A DNA stretch of 61,697 nucleotides from a virus (Duplodnaviria > Caudoviricetes): IMG/VR virus record IMGVR_UViG_3300032330_001838, positions 1-61,697 of that record; one strand, written 5' to 3'. This document shows, one piece after another, positions 47,244 to 58,040 of the stretch (the first letter of the stretch is position 1; every line of letters starts with the position of its first letter). The position numbers and the translations under genes are program-made. Below the pieces are notes generated by a model. The model did no database searches. It had not been told where the DNA came from and was given only the letters and a program-made list of their open reading frames with translations.

Positions 47244-49504
47244 TATGTTTGGGATCCTGGTTTTTTAAGTATGTTTGCTTTCTGTGTATATAGGTTAGCT
47301 AATTCTGTTTCTTTTTTAGCTATATTATCATCAACAGGTTTTAAAGCTACATCAGCTTCTTTTAAAGCCTTTTTTAACGCTTCTTTAATCTTAGCATGTT
47401 TATCTTCGTTTATCCCAAAAAATGAAGCCTTTACTTTTCTATCAGCAGGTGCTTTTTGATTAAATAATTTAACTGCTTTTTCAACTCCTATCTTCTTAGC
47501 CAACATTTTAAGTTGACTATTCATTGCTTGTTGAGCATCCCATTTTCTATCATCATCACTCATTTCAGCGTAAAAATCATATTTTTTCATTAGGTCTTCA
47601 AAAGCATTTTCATCAGCTAATTCAAAATCTTCTTTGTTACCAATGATATCTTGTTTCATTTTATCAAATGAAGAACCTAAATCAACACCACCCATGAATG
47701 AACCTTCTTCTATATTGTTATCTAAAAAATGACTATAATCTTCTAATACATCATAGTTGGATAAAAGAGCTTTAATCTTAGCTTTACCCATATTTGTTAA
47801 GTTTCCATTATTATCAACATATCCTACAATAGTATCTTCTAGTTCATTATATAAATCACTATCTTTACCCCAATCTTTAGATATAGCATCTAACATAGCG
47901 TAGATTTTAGGTCCGCCTGGAAAATTAGGATCATTGTGATGTTCTGTTATATTTTCTTTAATAGTTTTTTGAGTACCAGTAACACCTTTATCAGGCATTA
48001 CTTTAACACCTTTAGGTTTAGTTGTACCTGCTTCTTTATTACCTAAGTTATCTTTAACGTTTGCTTTTTCGTTTTTCTTCAATTCTTTCTTTAGATACCC
48101 ATCAGCTTTAGCTTGCATACCTGGTTTATTAGTTTCAGGTGATTTAAAAGCATAATGTGATTGTTGTTGGTTAAGTAAATTAGAATAAAAATTAGCATCT
48201 TTAGCTAGATTTTTTAATACTATAATTTTAGCTTTTGCTAAAGCGTCAGCACTATAATCATCAAGTTGATGCAATTCATGAGCTAAACCATGACGATATT
48301 CATATGGATTAGCAAAATCAATATGTAGTGTTTTTGGTTTTTTAGTTGATGGAGCTTTAGGTTTAACTTCTGCTTTAACAGCTTCATCAGCCTTAGCTTC
48401 TTTAGTATCAGATTCATTTAAATTCTCATGAAATCTCATTTCATAAGCACTCAACTCTTCTCCTTCTGGTGAAAGTATTGCTCTAAAATCTCCGTTTGGT
48501 TCCATAACATTTATGTTACCTGTGATTCTGTCGACCCCAATTGAACCAAGTTCTTTACCTTGACTTCTCATATATTCTCTACCTATTGTATCTTCTTCAT
48601 CAGTTGGTCTTCTAGCGGAAAAGGTCCAGCCTTGTTCACCCGCATAATCTTTCATTTTTTTAAATAGATTAAAATCTTCACTCATCGCAGATCCTCCTTC
48701 TAGTGCTGCAATTACTTGTTCAAAATCTGATCTTTTCCATTTTGGATAATAATCTGTTTTAATGTCTGCACTATCGCCTTGAGCCATAGAATAGAAATCA
48801 TTTTTTGCTAGTTTATTCCAAGTATACATATCTGATTGGAAATTCTTTATTGTTCTAGCAATCTCTTGAGGACTAGCGCCGGGACCTTCTTGGTAATCAT
48901 ATGAATAACCCGATCCTTCTTCGTCATTAAATGTTTCACCCATCCAATCAGCTTCATTTAAGTTTTCGCCTATACTTCTTATTTTATTATAAGTAAATCC
49001 TAATTTATTGGCTAATATTTCTAACTTAGGAAGTAGTGTATCATATCCATCTTGTCCCTGGCTTGTAGCATACATTACTAGTTTTGCTAAATCATCAACT
49101 GTTTTTAAATACTGCTGACCTTTTTGAGCAGCAATTTCTTCTCTGACTTTATTCTTTCTATCTTCTAGTTCTGCTTTATAATCATTATTCCATCCACGTC
49201 GCGCTGTGTCTGTGTAGCTGATATAATATTGTATTAGGGCTAATGGTGTATATCCTGTAAAGTCACCTGTGGCTCTATCATCTATTTCACCCATCCAATC
49301 AGCATCGTCATCACCGGTCATTTGTCTTGTAGGTATTTCTGCTTCAGTTACAATACCTTTGTTTTTAAGGATCTTAACTGCGTCATCATATGATGTTAAG
49401 TTAGTAATAAATGGTAAGTTATTATCGCGTCTTACTTCATATAAGAATTTCTCACGACTTACTTCTCCAACTTTGTGTTTGCGGTATAAATCTATTGTTG
49501 TCAT
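47243..49504 (-). CDS. large acidic putative internal head / core protein (753 aa)
   Basis: Lies between portal and protease; modular, punctuated by [ILM]-x-E sites (VTE, LNE x2, MSE, IKE, ITE, INE, LKE). Confidence 0.55.
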   Translation of the reverse strand: MTTIDLYRKHKVGEVSREKFLYEVRRDNNLPFITNLTSYDDAVKILKNKGIVTEAEIPTRQMTGDDDADWMGEIDDRATGDFTGYTPLALIQYYISYTDTARRGWNNDYKAELEDRKNKVREEIAAQKGQQYLKTVDDLAKLVMYATSQGQDGYDTLLPKLEILANKLGFTYNKIRSIGENLNEADWMGETFNDEEGSGYSYDYQEGPGASPQEIARTIKNFQSDMYTWNKLAKNDFYSMAQGDSADIKTDYYPKWKRSDFEQVIAALEGGSAMSEDFNLFKKMKDYAGEQGWTFSARRPTDEEDTIGREYMRSQGKELGSIGVDRITGNINVMEPNGDFRAILSPEGEELSAYEMRFHENLNESDTKEAKADEAVKAEVKPKAPSTKKPKTLHIDFANPYEYRHGLAHELHQLDDYSADALAKAKIIVLKNLAKDANFYSNLLNQQQSHYAFKSPETNKPGMQAKADGYLKKELKKNEKANVKDNLGNKEAGTTKPKGVKVMPDKGVTGTQKTIKENITEHHNDPNFPGGPKIYAMLDAISKDWGKDSDLYNELEDTIVGYVDNNGNLTNMGKAKIKALLSNYDVLEDYSHFLDNNIEEGSFMGGVDLGSSFDKMKQDIIGNKEDFELADENAFEDLMKKYDFYAEMSDDDRKWDAQQAMNSQLKMLAKKIGVEKAVKLFNQKAPADRKVKASFFGINEDKHAKIKEALKKALKEADVALKPVDDNIAKKETELANLYTQKANILKKPGSQT

Positions 49505-49515
49505 GTGTATAAATA

Positions 49516-49641
49516 TTAAGCTCTACCTTGTCCACGGTAAGCTTTAGGACGAGGTGTATGTTTATTAAATGATTTTTGAGCTTTACCTCTTTTACGTTTA
49601 CCAAAACTAGTCTTATTACTAGTTCCTACTACTTTTGCCAT
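49516..49641 (-). CDS. small basic peptide (41 aa) ending YRGQGRA
   Basis: Not in ORF track. MAKVVGTSNKTSFGKRKRGKAQKSFNKHTPRPKAYRGQGRA fills the gap between two head genes. Confidence 0.75.
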   Translation of the reverse strand: MAKVVGTSNKTSFGKRKRGKAQKSFNKHTPRPKAYRGQGRA

Positions 49642-49642
49642 A

Positions 49643-50617
49643 TTAGATATCGTTTACTATTAATTGTGTAAAAAATTCTCTAACTTCTTCTACTTCAAAT
49701 CCTTCTTCTGTTAATTCACGCATCATAATTTCAGCTGCTCTAATCATTGCTTGTTGAGCTTTAATGTTAGATAGGTTATACATACGCTCATATACATGTG
49801 GTTCTAATGCTTCATTTAATCCTCCACTGTTAGGAACATATGTATCATCCATTTCCATTTCAATATCTGCTCCTACATCTTCTAATATCTCTTCTATGTA
49901 TGAAAAAGCAGCTAATAAACCTTGTTTATCTCTTGTTGGGATATTTGAGTTAGTAGATGTATTTGATTTCAAATTACTAAGTATGTCTTGTAATTTTTCT
50001 ACTTTCATTAATGTACGATTATCTACTGCTTCATTAATTGCATCTTCTATTCCTTCATTAGTATTATATTGTGATACATTACCGTCCATATTTGGTAAAC
50101 GTCTAATTTCAGTCTCTAAATCATAAATCATTTTCTCTAATGTTTTAGTCCCTACAGCTTTTATTTCTTTATTTTTTTCTTGTAGATCTTTTAATATCTT
50201 TAATAACTCTTCCATTTGAGGACCACTATTTTTATTGTATTCTTTTAATTGTCTTCCTTCTCTAGTTATTCCTTTTTTAATCATATCTGCAGCCATATCT
50301 TCAGAAGAATCATATTGTGTTCCCATATATCCTTCTTTTTTAATGAATTTTTTCAAAGCTTGAGCGTAAGTCATTGCTGGAATATCGCCTATGCTTACCA
50401 TATCAGTTGGTTTCAACTTATAACCTTCATGTTCTTTTTTGAAGTAATTCATATCTGAAAACCAAGTTTCATCTCCATCTTCAGCTAAGAAATCCATCAT
50501 TTTTTCTGCCTCAGCATCTCCAATATCACCACCTATTTCTTCATTTGTTTTAGCTTTCGCGTATGGACCTAACTTATTTTCAGCTAGGAATTTTTTCATG
50601 TTAAAATTGTCAGCCAT
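49643..50617 (-). CDS. acidic putative internal head protein ([13 protein letters not shown] tag)
   Basis: Head module location, multiple xxE sites, N-terminus shared with 59175..60143. Confidence 0.6.
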   Translation of the reverse strand: MADNFNMKKFLAENKLGPYAKAKTNEEIGGDIGDAEAEKMMDFLAEDGDETWFSDMNYFKKEHEGYKLKPTDMVSIGDIPAMTYAQALKKFIKKEGYMGTQYDSSEDMAADMIKKGITREGRQLKEYNKNSGPQMEELLKILKDLQEKNKEIKAVGTKTLEKMIYDLETEIRRLPNMDGNVSQYNTNEGIEDAINEAVDNRTLMKVEKLQDILSNLKSNTSTNSNIPTRDKQGLLAAFSYIEEILEDVGADIEMEMDDTYVPNSGGLNEALEPHVYERMYNLSNIKAQQAMIRAAEIMMRELTEEGFEVEEVREFFTQLIVNDI

Positions 50618-52401
50618 TACTTTAATTTTGTTGATTTAAAAAATAATTGTTTTGTTGATTCTTTAATTGATTGAATTGCTTTATCAGTGTATTTTTTATG
50701 TTTTAATCCACCTTCACTTTCACTTAATTCACTTTGTAAGCGATTCATATATTCAAATAAACGATTAATTTCGTTTACTTTTTGTTTTACTGATTTAACA
50801 GCGTTATGGAATTGTTCTGGTTTAGTACGAGTTTTAGTTTCGTTTCTAAAACGAGCATAATTTTCATTTATACCCATTTGTGCTTCAATTTCTCCATAAC
50901 TGTGAGGATAGACATCAGTCATCATATCTAGGATTGTATTATACAATTTAGTATTTGTATATTTAATTTTATCTATTATTTGAAGAACTTTTTGATAATC
51001 TTCCCTAGAAAATATTTCATTCATTGTTTCATTTTCTTTAGCTGCACTCACAAATGAAGTATAATCATCAACTGATTCACCATTAACTTCTATGTTTTCA
51101 TTTTCACAGTTTATTCTTATTTCACCACCTTGATATGTTAAATCTAGAACTAATGTATCATAATTTTTGCCTATAGCTGTTCCGCCTTTAATACCCATTC
51201 CTGCTTTTTCAGCCCAACGCGCTACTTGATTTACAATACTAGTAACACCTTTTCTTTGAGCGAATTTTTTAATATTATCTGGTATATAAGCTTCTTCTAA
51301 ATTTTCTTCGCTTAAAGATTTAGTATTATTTAACATAGCAAGAGCTTTGTCAATTTTATCTAATTCAGTTCCATATCTATCAGCTATTGGTCCACCTTCT
51401 GGTTCTGCTTCCTGTTCCATATCACGCATTAATTGAGCTCTCTTCATTTGAAGTGCTTTAATTTTACTCGCATTATTAGATGTTGTAGGTTGAAGTTGTG
51501 GTTTTGATTCACGATCTCTTCTAGCTCTTGCAGCCATTAAAACTCGATCATTTATGTCCATTTCATTCATATTTTCTTTTTTAGAACTTAATTTATCTTC
51601 TAGTTCTCTAGAAGTTTTTACATCTTGTTTTTTAAGATAATCAGACCAATCTGTTCCATAATGTAATACTGGTAGTTTAGTATTATGTTTTTTCTCTAGT
51701 GCGACTAGTAATTTTAATTTCTTTATTCTAGATTCTTGAGCAGACATTTGAGATGTAGAAGCTGTTTTTAACATATCTTCTACTCTAGCTAATTCATCAG
51801 CATTAGTTTTAATCTTAGATTTATCATATGCTTCATCTAAATCTAATTTACTCCAATCAAAATCTCCCATGTAATACATGTCAAGTATAGCGTCTTTGAT
51901 TTGTTTTTTAGTAGTAGCATTCATTATTGTGTCATCAAATTCTTTCCACCAGTTAATTTCTAATGAATCTTGTTTAGCATTACGTCTACTTTTAGACCAA
52001 GAAATAACTTTTTGTTTTATTGAATCTAGATTATCTGTCGCTTCCATCGCTATTTCTTTTATTGATTTAACATATAGATCTTGCTTAGCATCCCATTTCC
52101 AATCTTCAGATTTAAAATCTTTTAATTTCTTAGCTTCTTGATATTCTTTAGGAGATAATTTTGATTTTTTTAAGTTGACTTCCCATAATTCTTTATAGTC
52201 CATAGCTTTAGACTTACGATTAGGAATTGATGGAGCTGGTTTCCAATCACTTGGGGTGCCTTTGTTATTACTTTTTCCAAAAGCATATTTTGTAGCTACA
52301 CCTGCTCCTACTCCTGGAGTAACAGAAGCACCTGTACCAGTCATAGACATTTCTTGCTTAAGTTTTTTCTTTAGAGTTTCTTTTATTTTATTCTTATCCA
52401 T
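50617..52401 (-). CDS. putative prohead core / internal protein (594 aa)
   Basis: Head module location; EMS.TG.GA...G.G....TKYAF N-terminal block, [14 protein letters not shown] module and many [ILM]-x-E sites. Confidence 0.55.
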   Translation of the reverse strand: MDKNKIKETLKKKLKQEMSMTGTGASVTPGVGAGVATKYAFGKSNNKGTPSDWKPAPSIPNRKSKAMDYKELWEVNLKKSKLSPKEYQEAKKLKDFKSEDWKWDAKQDLYVKSIKEIAMEATDNLDSIKQKVISWSKSRRNAKQDSLEINWWKEFDDTIMNATTKKQIKDAILDMYYMGDFDWSKLDLDEAYDKSKIKTNADELARVEDMLKTASTSQMSAQESRIKKLKLLVALEKKHNTKLPVLHYGTDWSDYLKKQDVKTSRELEDKLSSKKENMNEMDINDRVLMAARARRDRESKPQLQPTTSNNASKIKALQMKRAQLMRDMEQEAEPEGGPIADRYGTELDKIDKALAMLNNTKSLSEENLEEAYIPDNIKKFAQRKGVTSIVNQVARWAEKAGMGIKGGTAIGKNYDTLVLDLTYQGGEIRINCENENIEVNGESVDDYTSFVSAAKENETMNEIFSREDYQKVLQIIDKIKYTNTKLYNTILDMMTDVYPHSYGEIEAQMGINENYARFRNETKTRTKPEQFHNAVKSVKQKVNEINRLFEYMNRLQSELSESEGGLKHKKYTDKAIQSIKESTKQLFFKSTKLK

Positions 52402-53248
52402 TGATTTTCTTAATTTCTTCTGCTAATTGTTGATATTGAAGTAATGTAACTAGATGATCATCTTTTACTGATGACTTATTAGATATTGGTTTAATTAAAC
52501 TAATAACTTCGTTTAACTTAATTTCAATAGTCTTGTCATCTACTTTTTTAATTAAAGAAGTTAATTCTTTTTTAACTTTATCTAGATTTTCGTTAATGTA
52601 TGTTTTAAGATATTCTGGGTTAGATATATTATTAATAAATTCTTTAAGTACTGATTTTTGTCTGTCACTTAAATTAGAATATTTGTTATTGAATTTTTCA
52701 ATTAATATTCTATACGCTAGGATACGAACATTTTTATCTTCTTTAGCTAAAGCCTGTTCAACTTCATTCTCTTTATTTTCAACTAATGTTTTCTTAGTGA
52801 TATGTTCCATAAGAGTAAGTTTATTAAGTACTACTTGTTTAGGCTCAATAAACTTATTTTCAATAGCTACTTCAAATAATGTATAAGCGGCGGCTAATGT
52901 TTTATAATTATTAACTTTAGATCTAAAGAAACTTTCTAATTCATAATGTTTCTTAATTTCTTTAATTAAATTATATTTGTCTTTAAGTAACTGCTCTTTA
53001 TTTAACTTTTTAGCTAAATCGATAGTCGTATTAATTAAAGCTTCAGCTTTACCTTCACTTAAGCGGGGAGCTGTAAGTATAGTATGGTAAAGTTTATGTT
53101 CTTTAGATATTTCACTATTATGGAAATATTTTTTTACGATTTTTACCGCTTTAGAATCAATATTTGCTAAAGTATCAGATGCTATTTGACGCACTAATAG
53201 CTCAAATAATACACCTGTGTTACGGAATTTATTATGTTTTATACGCAT
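52394..53248 (-). CDS. head assembly protein downstream of portal
   Basis: [20 protein letters not shown]-terminus, KYNLIKEIK and FN.KY..L motifs; position next to portal. Confidence 0.6.
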   Translation of the reverse strand: MRIKHNKFRNTGVLFELLVRQIASDTLANIDSKAVKIVKKYFHNSEISKEHKLYHTILTAPRLSEGKAEALINTTIDLAKKLNKEQLLKDKYNLIKEIKKHYELESFFRSKVNNYKTLAAAYTLFEVAIENKFIEPKQVVLNKLTLMEHITKKTLVENKENEVEQALAKEDKNVRILAYRILIEKFNNKYSNLSDRQKSVLKEFINNISNPEYLKTYINENLDKVKKELTSLIKKVDDKTIEIKLNEVISLIKPISNKSSVKDDHLVTLLQYQQLAEEIKKING

Positions 53249-53284
53249 AGTTTAGTACAATGATACTAATTATAAATATTGAAA

Positions 53285-55177
53285 CTATTTGATTTCATCA
53301 CGAATATTATTTTCGTTTAATAAATCACTTTGTTCAAATAATGTTGTTTTACGATTAACGGGTATTTTATCAAATAGATTTTTATTTCTTAGATATGTTT
53401 CCATTGCTAATGGTGAACCACCTTTCCATTGTGTTTTAGCTAAACTATCTTCTTGGTCAACACCCGCTGTACTATATGTTTTGGCTCCAATTCGATCTTT
53501 ACCAAATGGATTATCTTGTCTATTAATATTAGATGCTGATGCTTTAGGACGACCAACTAAATGTACTGGTTCATTTGGATTTTTTTCATTGTATCCTATT
53601 GGTACATCATTTGATCCTCTGCCTTTACCATAAGCTGTAGCTAATTGATGTGGTGTACCATATACTTGACCTGTTTCTGATGGATCATTACCTTCATTTT
53701 CAATTTGAGTTAATCTAAACTTACGTTTTTTATCTTCAATAATCAAATCACGATATTCATCATATTGATCTTCGCTGAAATGGAATAAGTTATCATAAAC
53801 CCATTCTGTAGGTAACAAACTATTTTCCATTATTGTAGCTGCTAAATCAACTTTTTCTTTCATTAAATTAACACGTTCTTGATCATAAATGATAGAAGGA
53901 GTTGTTAAAGATAACTCAAAATTAGTTAATTGTTCACCATCATATCCTTGAGTGTATAAATGTACTAAAGCTATTTTAGTTAATTCACTTAATAATATTC
54001 TTTGAATACGCTCTACTGTACGAGCAAAACGGATATCCTCAGCTGCTAATGTAGCTTTACCAGTTAAATCTTTCTCATAACCCATAAATGCTTTAGGTAT
54101 TTTAAGAGCAGCAAACAACTTATCTCTTAAATAAGCAACGTCTTCAATACCATTATATTCTAAACCTTTTGCTGTATCAATACGAGTTGATTGATCGTTT
54201 CCTCTTACAGGTATGTAAAAGTCTTCCATCATATTCATCATATTGTACTTTAAATTATATTGACCAGTCTGTGGATCAACATAAGGTATTTTCTTAAGTT
54301 TTTGAACTGTTTTCTGCATGTATGCTTCTACCTCATTTGGAGGAATAGCACCTACATTCATATAGAAAATACGTTTTTCAGGAGCACGAACTATACGATG
54401 AATTAACATCGCATCTTCCATTAGTATCATTTGTTTGAATATCTTACGACCTGGTTCTAAGTAACTTCTACCATATGGAAGATAATTAACATCACTTATT
54501 AATCTAAAGTGAGCCATTTCATAATTTTCAAAGTAAATATCTGATGTTGATGTGCCTAAGGCTGATTGTACTTGAGGTGCTGTAATACCTGATACACTAG
54601 TAGGATCATATTTAAATCTTACATAAGTTGGATTTTGAGGATTTGTTCCTTCTTCTCTTATAATTGAATAAGCTGAGAATGGTATTACATTATATACACC
54701 AAATTTTTCAGCTATTTCTAATTTAAGATAAAAATCTCCATACTTACACATATTGCGAGCCCAACTCCATAAATTAAATTCAATATTTAAAACATCATAA
54801 AATAAATTGTATAATATTTTTTGGATATTTTCATCACTAGAACGAATATGAAGCATTTCTCCATGTTCATTTTTTAAAGTACATTCATCCGCTAAAATAT
54901 CAAGAGCTGAAGCTACAATAGCATCAGTATCCATTGATTCATAGTCAGTATAAAGCTGTACTCTTAATGTTTGATAGTTATAAACGTTATTAACGTTATA
55001 AATTCCAGCACCAGATGTTGTGTAAATCTTAGTAAATCTATCAACAAGTGCATTTGTTTGTAAAGTACCTAATGATTGAATACGATCTGTATCTATCACT
55101 CTTAACTCATTCCCACCAACGTTACGAATAACAACATCAGATGAAAAAAGTCGTTTTAGGTTTTGAAATAATCCCAT
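53285..55177 (-). CDS. gp20: portal protein (T4 gp20-like)
   Basis: ALDI.ADE, LMEDAMLIHRI.RAPEKRIFY, EDFYIPVRG, ALKIPK, EDIRFAR motifs. Confidence 0.95.
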   Translation of the reverse strand: MGLFQNLKRLFSSDVVIRNVGGNELRVIDTDRIQSLGTLQTNALVDRFTKIYTTSGAGIYNVNNVYNYQTLRVQLYTDYESMDTDAIVASALDILADECTLKNEHGEMLHIRSSDENIQKILYNLFYDVLNIEFNLWSWARNMCKYGDFYLKLEIAEKFGVYNVIPFSAYSIIREEGTNPQNPTYVRFKYDPTSVSGITAPQVQSALGTSTSDIYFENYEMAHFRLISDVNYLPYGRSYLEPGRKIFKQMILMEDAMLIHRIVRAPEKRIFYMNVGAIPPNEVEAYMQKTVQKLKKIPYVDPQTGQYNLKYNMMNMMEDFYIPVRGNDQSTRIDTAKGLEYNGIEDVAYLRDKLFAALKIPKAFMGYEKDLTGKATLAAEDIRFARTVERIQRILLSELTKIALVHLYTQGYDGEQLTNFELSLTTPSIIYDQERVNLMKEKVDLAATIMENSLLPTEWVYDNLFHFSEDQYDEYRDLIIEDKKRKFRLTQIENEGNDPSETGQVYGTPHQLATAYGKGRGSNDVPIGYNEKNPNEPVHLVGRPKASASNINRQDNPFGKDRIGAKTYSTAGVDQEDSLAKTQWKGGSPLAMETYLRNKNLFDKIPVNRKTTLFEQSDLLNENNIRDEIK

Positions 55178-55207
55178 AATTATTTAATATATGTTATAAA
55201 TATTTGG

Positions 55208-56797
55208 TTATACTAGCCAACTAATATCTTCTGCGGAGCCATTACCCATATCCATTTTCCATGGGTTGTCTCTATCAGGACCATGTGGTGTGTATAAACC
55301 AGTTGCTTGAGGAAGGTAATTAACTCTTCCTATACCTCCAAGTGAGGCGCGGGTTAAGTCTATAGCTGATTGACTAAATCTTAAAGCTGTGTCACGTAAA
55401 AATAAACCAATACCAAAAGACATTACAAGATCATCATTATATCCATCAGTTGCTTGTGCTTTACCATGTTTCCAAATAAATGTTCTTAATTCTTCTAATA
55501 ATCGACGTGATTGAATAATACAAGCTCGATCTCTCATATAAGATTCTAATTTAGAAACTACAAGCGGACGTGTTTTTTGTGTATTTGAAAAACCAGGTAC
55601 TAAATTATTTTCATTTCTACTTAAGAAATTATCCATATTAATATTAGCAGTATCTGATTTTGATGAATAATATATATTTTGGTATCCTCTATCAATAACT
55701 GTCTGTACTGTATCCCATCCTATATTAGCATTTTCAACTACTAATAAAGCATTATTATATTCAGTAGCTAACGCTACCAACATATGACCATAATCTCTAG
55801 TTCCCACCTGTCCTTTATATTCTGCTACTTGTTTTGCTTGTTCTATATCAATAACATGACATGCTGAGTAGTCTTTTCCATCTCCTCTTGCTACGTCAGC
55901 TACAACTATATATTGTTTATTATAATCTGGATATTCCCAACGCCATAAGTTACCATCAAATCCTCCTTTAGCAATAGGATCTGCCTGATATGTTTGAATA
56001 TACCAATTTAGAATATCTGGTTCAACTACTGAATCTCCTGATGTGCTAAAATCACAATCACACTCTTGAGCGGCGTTACGAGGTCCTAAAATAGCATCTT
56101 GTTCATCTCTCCATTTCTGAGATCGTTCAGGATGTACTGTCCAAGGTAATTTTATAGATACAAATCCATTTTTTCCTTCTTCTCCACCAATAAATGTTCT
56201 ATGAAACCAATTACCTGTACCAAATGGAGTTGATATAGCGATACATTGACCTCCAGTAGCTAAGGTTTGTTGAGCAGAAGCGAATATCTCATCTATACCT
56301 TCAATAAAAGCAGCCTCATCTAATAATAATAATGATACAGCTTCAGATCTACCGGCATCACCAGTTGCACCAATTGCTTTTATCTGAGATCCATTTGAAA
56401 GTTTTAAACTTAATTTGTTATTTTCTGTAGCTTTTAATTGTAACCAGGTAGGTAGATTATCATAAGCAAATTTTACTTTTGTAACCATATTTTTAGCAGT
56501 TTCCTGCTTTGTAGCGATACAAAGTATATTTTTATCCTTATTAAATAACATTAACCATAATGAATAAGCTGATGATAAGGTAGATATACCTAATTGTCTT
56601 GACTTATTTACTATATTATATTTATTTTTTTTAAATTGATGTAATACACCTTCTTGAAATGGAAATAAATTAAATTGAATACGACCACGTTGAGGATGTT
56701 GTATCCAATAATATTTTTTCATGAAATAAACAGGATCTTGAGCGCACTTAACAAATTCTTGTTTTATTATTTCCTTTATATTTTGTTGATCACTCAT
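55208..56797 (-). CDS. terL: terminase large subunit (T4 gp17-like)
   Basis: KSRQLGIST Walker A, LLLDEAAF Walker B, ISTPFG, DVARGDGKDYS nuclease motif, DDLVMS. Confidence 0.96.
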   Translation of the reverse strand: MSDQQNIKEIIKQEFVKCAQDPVYFMKKYYWIQHPQRGRIQFNLFPFQEGVLHQFKKNKYNIVNKSRQLGISTLSSAYSLWLMLFNKDKNILCIATKQETAKNMVTKVKFAYDNLPTWLQLKATENNKLSLKLSNGSQIKAIGATGDAGRSEAVSLLLLDEAAFIEGIDEIFASAQQTLATGGQCIAISTPFGTGNWFHRTFIGGEEGKNGFVSIKLPWTVHPERSQKWRDEQDAILGPRNAAQECDCDFSTSGDSVVEPDILNWYIQTYQADPIAKGGFDGNLWRWEYPDYNKQYIVVADVARGDGKDYSACHVIDIEQAKQVAEYKGQVGTRDYGHMLVALATEYNNALLVVENANIGWDTVQTVIDRGYQNIYYSSKSDTANINMDNFLSRNENNLVPGFSNTQKTRPLVVSKLESYMRDRACIIQSRRLLEELRTFIWKHGKAQATDGYNDDLVMSFGIGLFLRDTALRFSQSAIDLTRASLGGIGRVNYLPQATGLYTPHGPDRDNPWKMDMGNGSAEDISWLV

Positions 56798-56836
56798 GTA
56801 ATTATTTGTATATAAATATATAAAAAATCAATAAAA

Positions 56837-56860
56837 AAAGCCCTCAATTAAGAGGGCTTT
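56837..56860 (-). terminator. intrinsic terminator after holin
   Basis: AAAGCCCTC-TTAATT-GAGGGCTTT then T-run. Confidence 0.8.
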
Positions 56861-56884
56861 AGTCATAAATAAATGTAAAATAAA

Positions 56885-57052
56885 TTACGCTGTTTTATTC
56901 TTAATAACTGACCAAACAGCACCAACTGCTGTCATTACAGCGCCAATTACTTCTTGAGTTACAGCTTCTGTAGTAATTCCTTTGATCACTAATACACCAC
57001 CAACAAATGTTAATGTGTGACGAATAATACCTAAAATTTGTTCTTTGTTCAT
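56885..57052 (-). CDS. putative holin (55 aa, two hydrophobic helices)
   Basis: Not in ORF track. MNKEQILGIIRHTLTFVGGVLVIKGITTEAVTQEVIGAVMTAVGAVWSVIKNKTA has the RH.LT..GG and WS...K small-holin pattern; near the endolysin. Confidence 0.7.
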   Translation of the reverse strand: MNKEQILGIIRHTLTFVGGVLVIKGITTEAVTQEVIGAVMTAVGAVWSVIKNKTA

Positions 57053-57101
57053 GTTTGTAAGTTTTTTGGTTACATGTATAAATATATGAAAAAGACAAAA
57101 A

Positions 57102-57125
57102 AACTCAGCCTTACGGGGCTGAGTT
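57102..57125 (-). terminator. intrinsic terminator with CCGTAA loop
   Basis: AACTCAGCC-CCGTAA-GGCTGAGTT then T-run. Confidence 0.8.
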
Positions 57126-57169
57126 ATGCACCTATGGTCTAGATAGGCAGTCCTAGGGTAGCAGGACGA

Positions 57170-58027
57170 TTATTTTAATCTTATTTTAATAGTTTTATTT
57201 TCTCTTCTAAGCATAGCATTCCTAGACATATCCCCCATTCGAGATGATAAATTATTATCTTTATCTGTAGGTTCCTTATGATCACTATGACCGTGAGATG
57301 CTTCCCAATCTTTTATTTTAGCCTCATCTCCTTTTATATATCTCCATATTCCTTTACCTAGATTAAATATTTCAGCTCCCTTACCTATAAAACTACCAAT
57401 AGCTAAAATAAATAAAATCCATGATGAAATAGAAGGAAATAAAGCTATACCTATAGATAAAAATATAATAGTTACAATTAATGATCCCGCTAAACCAGCT
57501 ATTTTTTGTGATTTTTCACCTCCACCCCATCCTTTAGTTATAAGACTAAAGAATTTTGACATTACTTTAGCTGGATACCCTGTGGCTGTTTTGATTTTAT
57601 CTGTTATATTTTTTAATTTTTGTTTTAATTGATCTTCATTAACTTTCTTATGAGTTATTTTTTCAATACCTGCAGCTAAAGTATGTAAAAAGGCAGCATT
57701 TCCTAAAAGTAAACCTACACCTTCAAGAGCATGAGCCGCTGATGATTCTTCTAATTTATATCCTCTACCTTCTTTAATTTTTTGTTTTACAGATTCAACA
57801 TCATCAGCTTTTACTTGATCAAGTTTTCCACCAGCATCTAATAAAGCATCAAGCATAGCAGCTTGTACTTCTATATTTGTTACATCTTCACCATCTTTTT
57901 TAAGATCTTGAGATAATTTACTTATTTTATTTATAATTTCTCCTTCAGATCCTTCAGTTAGTAAAGATAATATAAATTTAGTATTATTTTCAAGTAACAA
58001 ATCTGTTAATTTAATGTTTTTATTCAT
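57170..58027 (-). CDS. membrane protein with N-terminal KLTDLLLE tag
   Basis: Two adjacent hydrophobic segments (LAGSLIVTIIFLSIGIALF / WILFILAIGSFIG); has its own ATATTTAT motif and terminator. Confidence 0.65.
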   Translation of the reverse strand: MNKNIKLTDLLLENNTKFILSLLTEGSEGEIINKISKLSQDLKKDGEDVTNIEVQAAMLDALLDAGGKLDQVKADDVESVKQKIKEGRGYKLEESSAAHALEGVGLLLGNAAFLHTLAAGIEKITHKKVNEDQLKQKLKNITDKIKTATGYPAKVMSKFFSLITKGWGGGEKSQKIAGLAGSLIVTIIFLSIGIALFPSISSWILFILAIGSFIGKGAEIFNLGKGIWRYIKGDEAKIKDWEASHGHSDHKEPTDKDNNLSSRMGDMSRNAMLRRENKTIKIRLK

Positions 58028-58040
58028 AATAATAAATATA

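Noticed and set aside
56901-57098. Track ORF of 65 aa on the minus strand
   Set aside because: It overlaps a different-frame 55-aa holin-like ORF (56885..57052) that has better composition, motif position and terminator.
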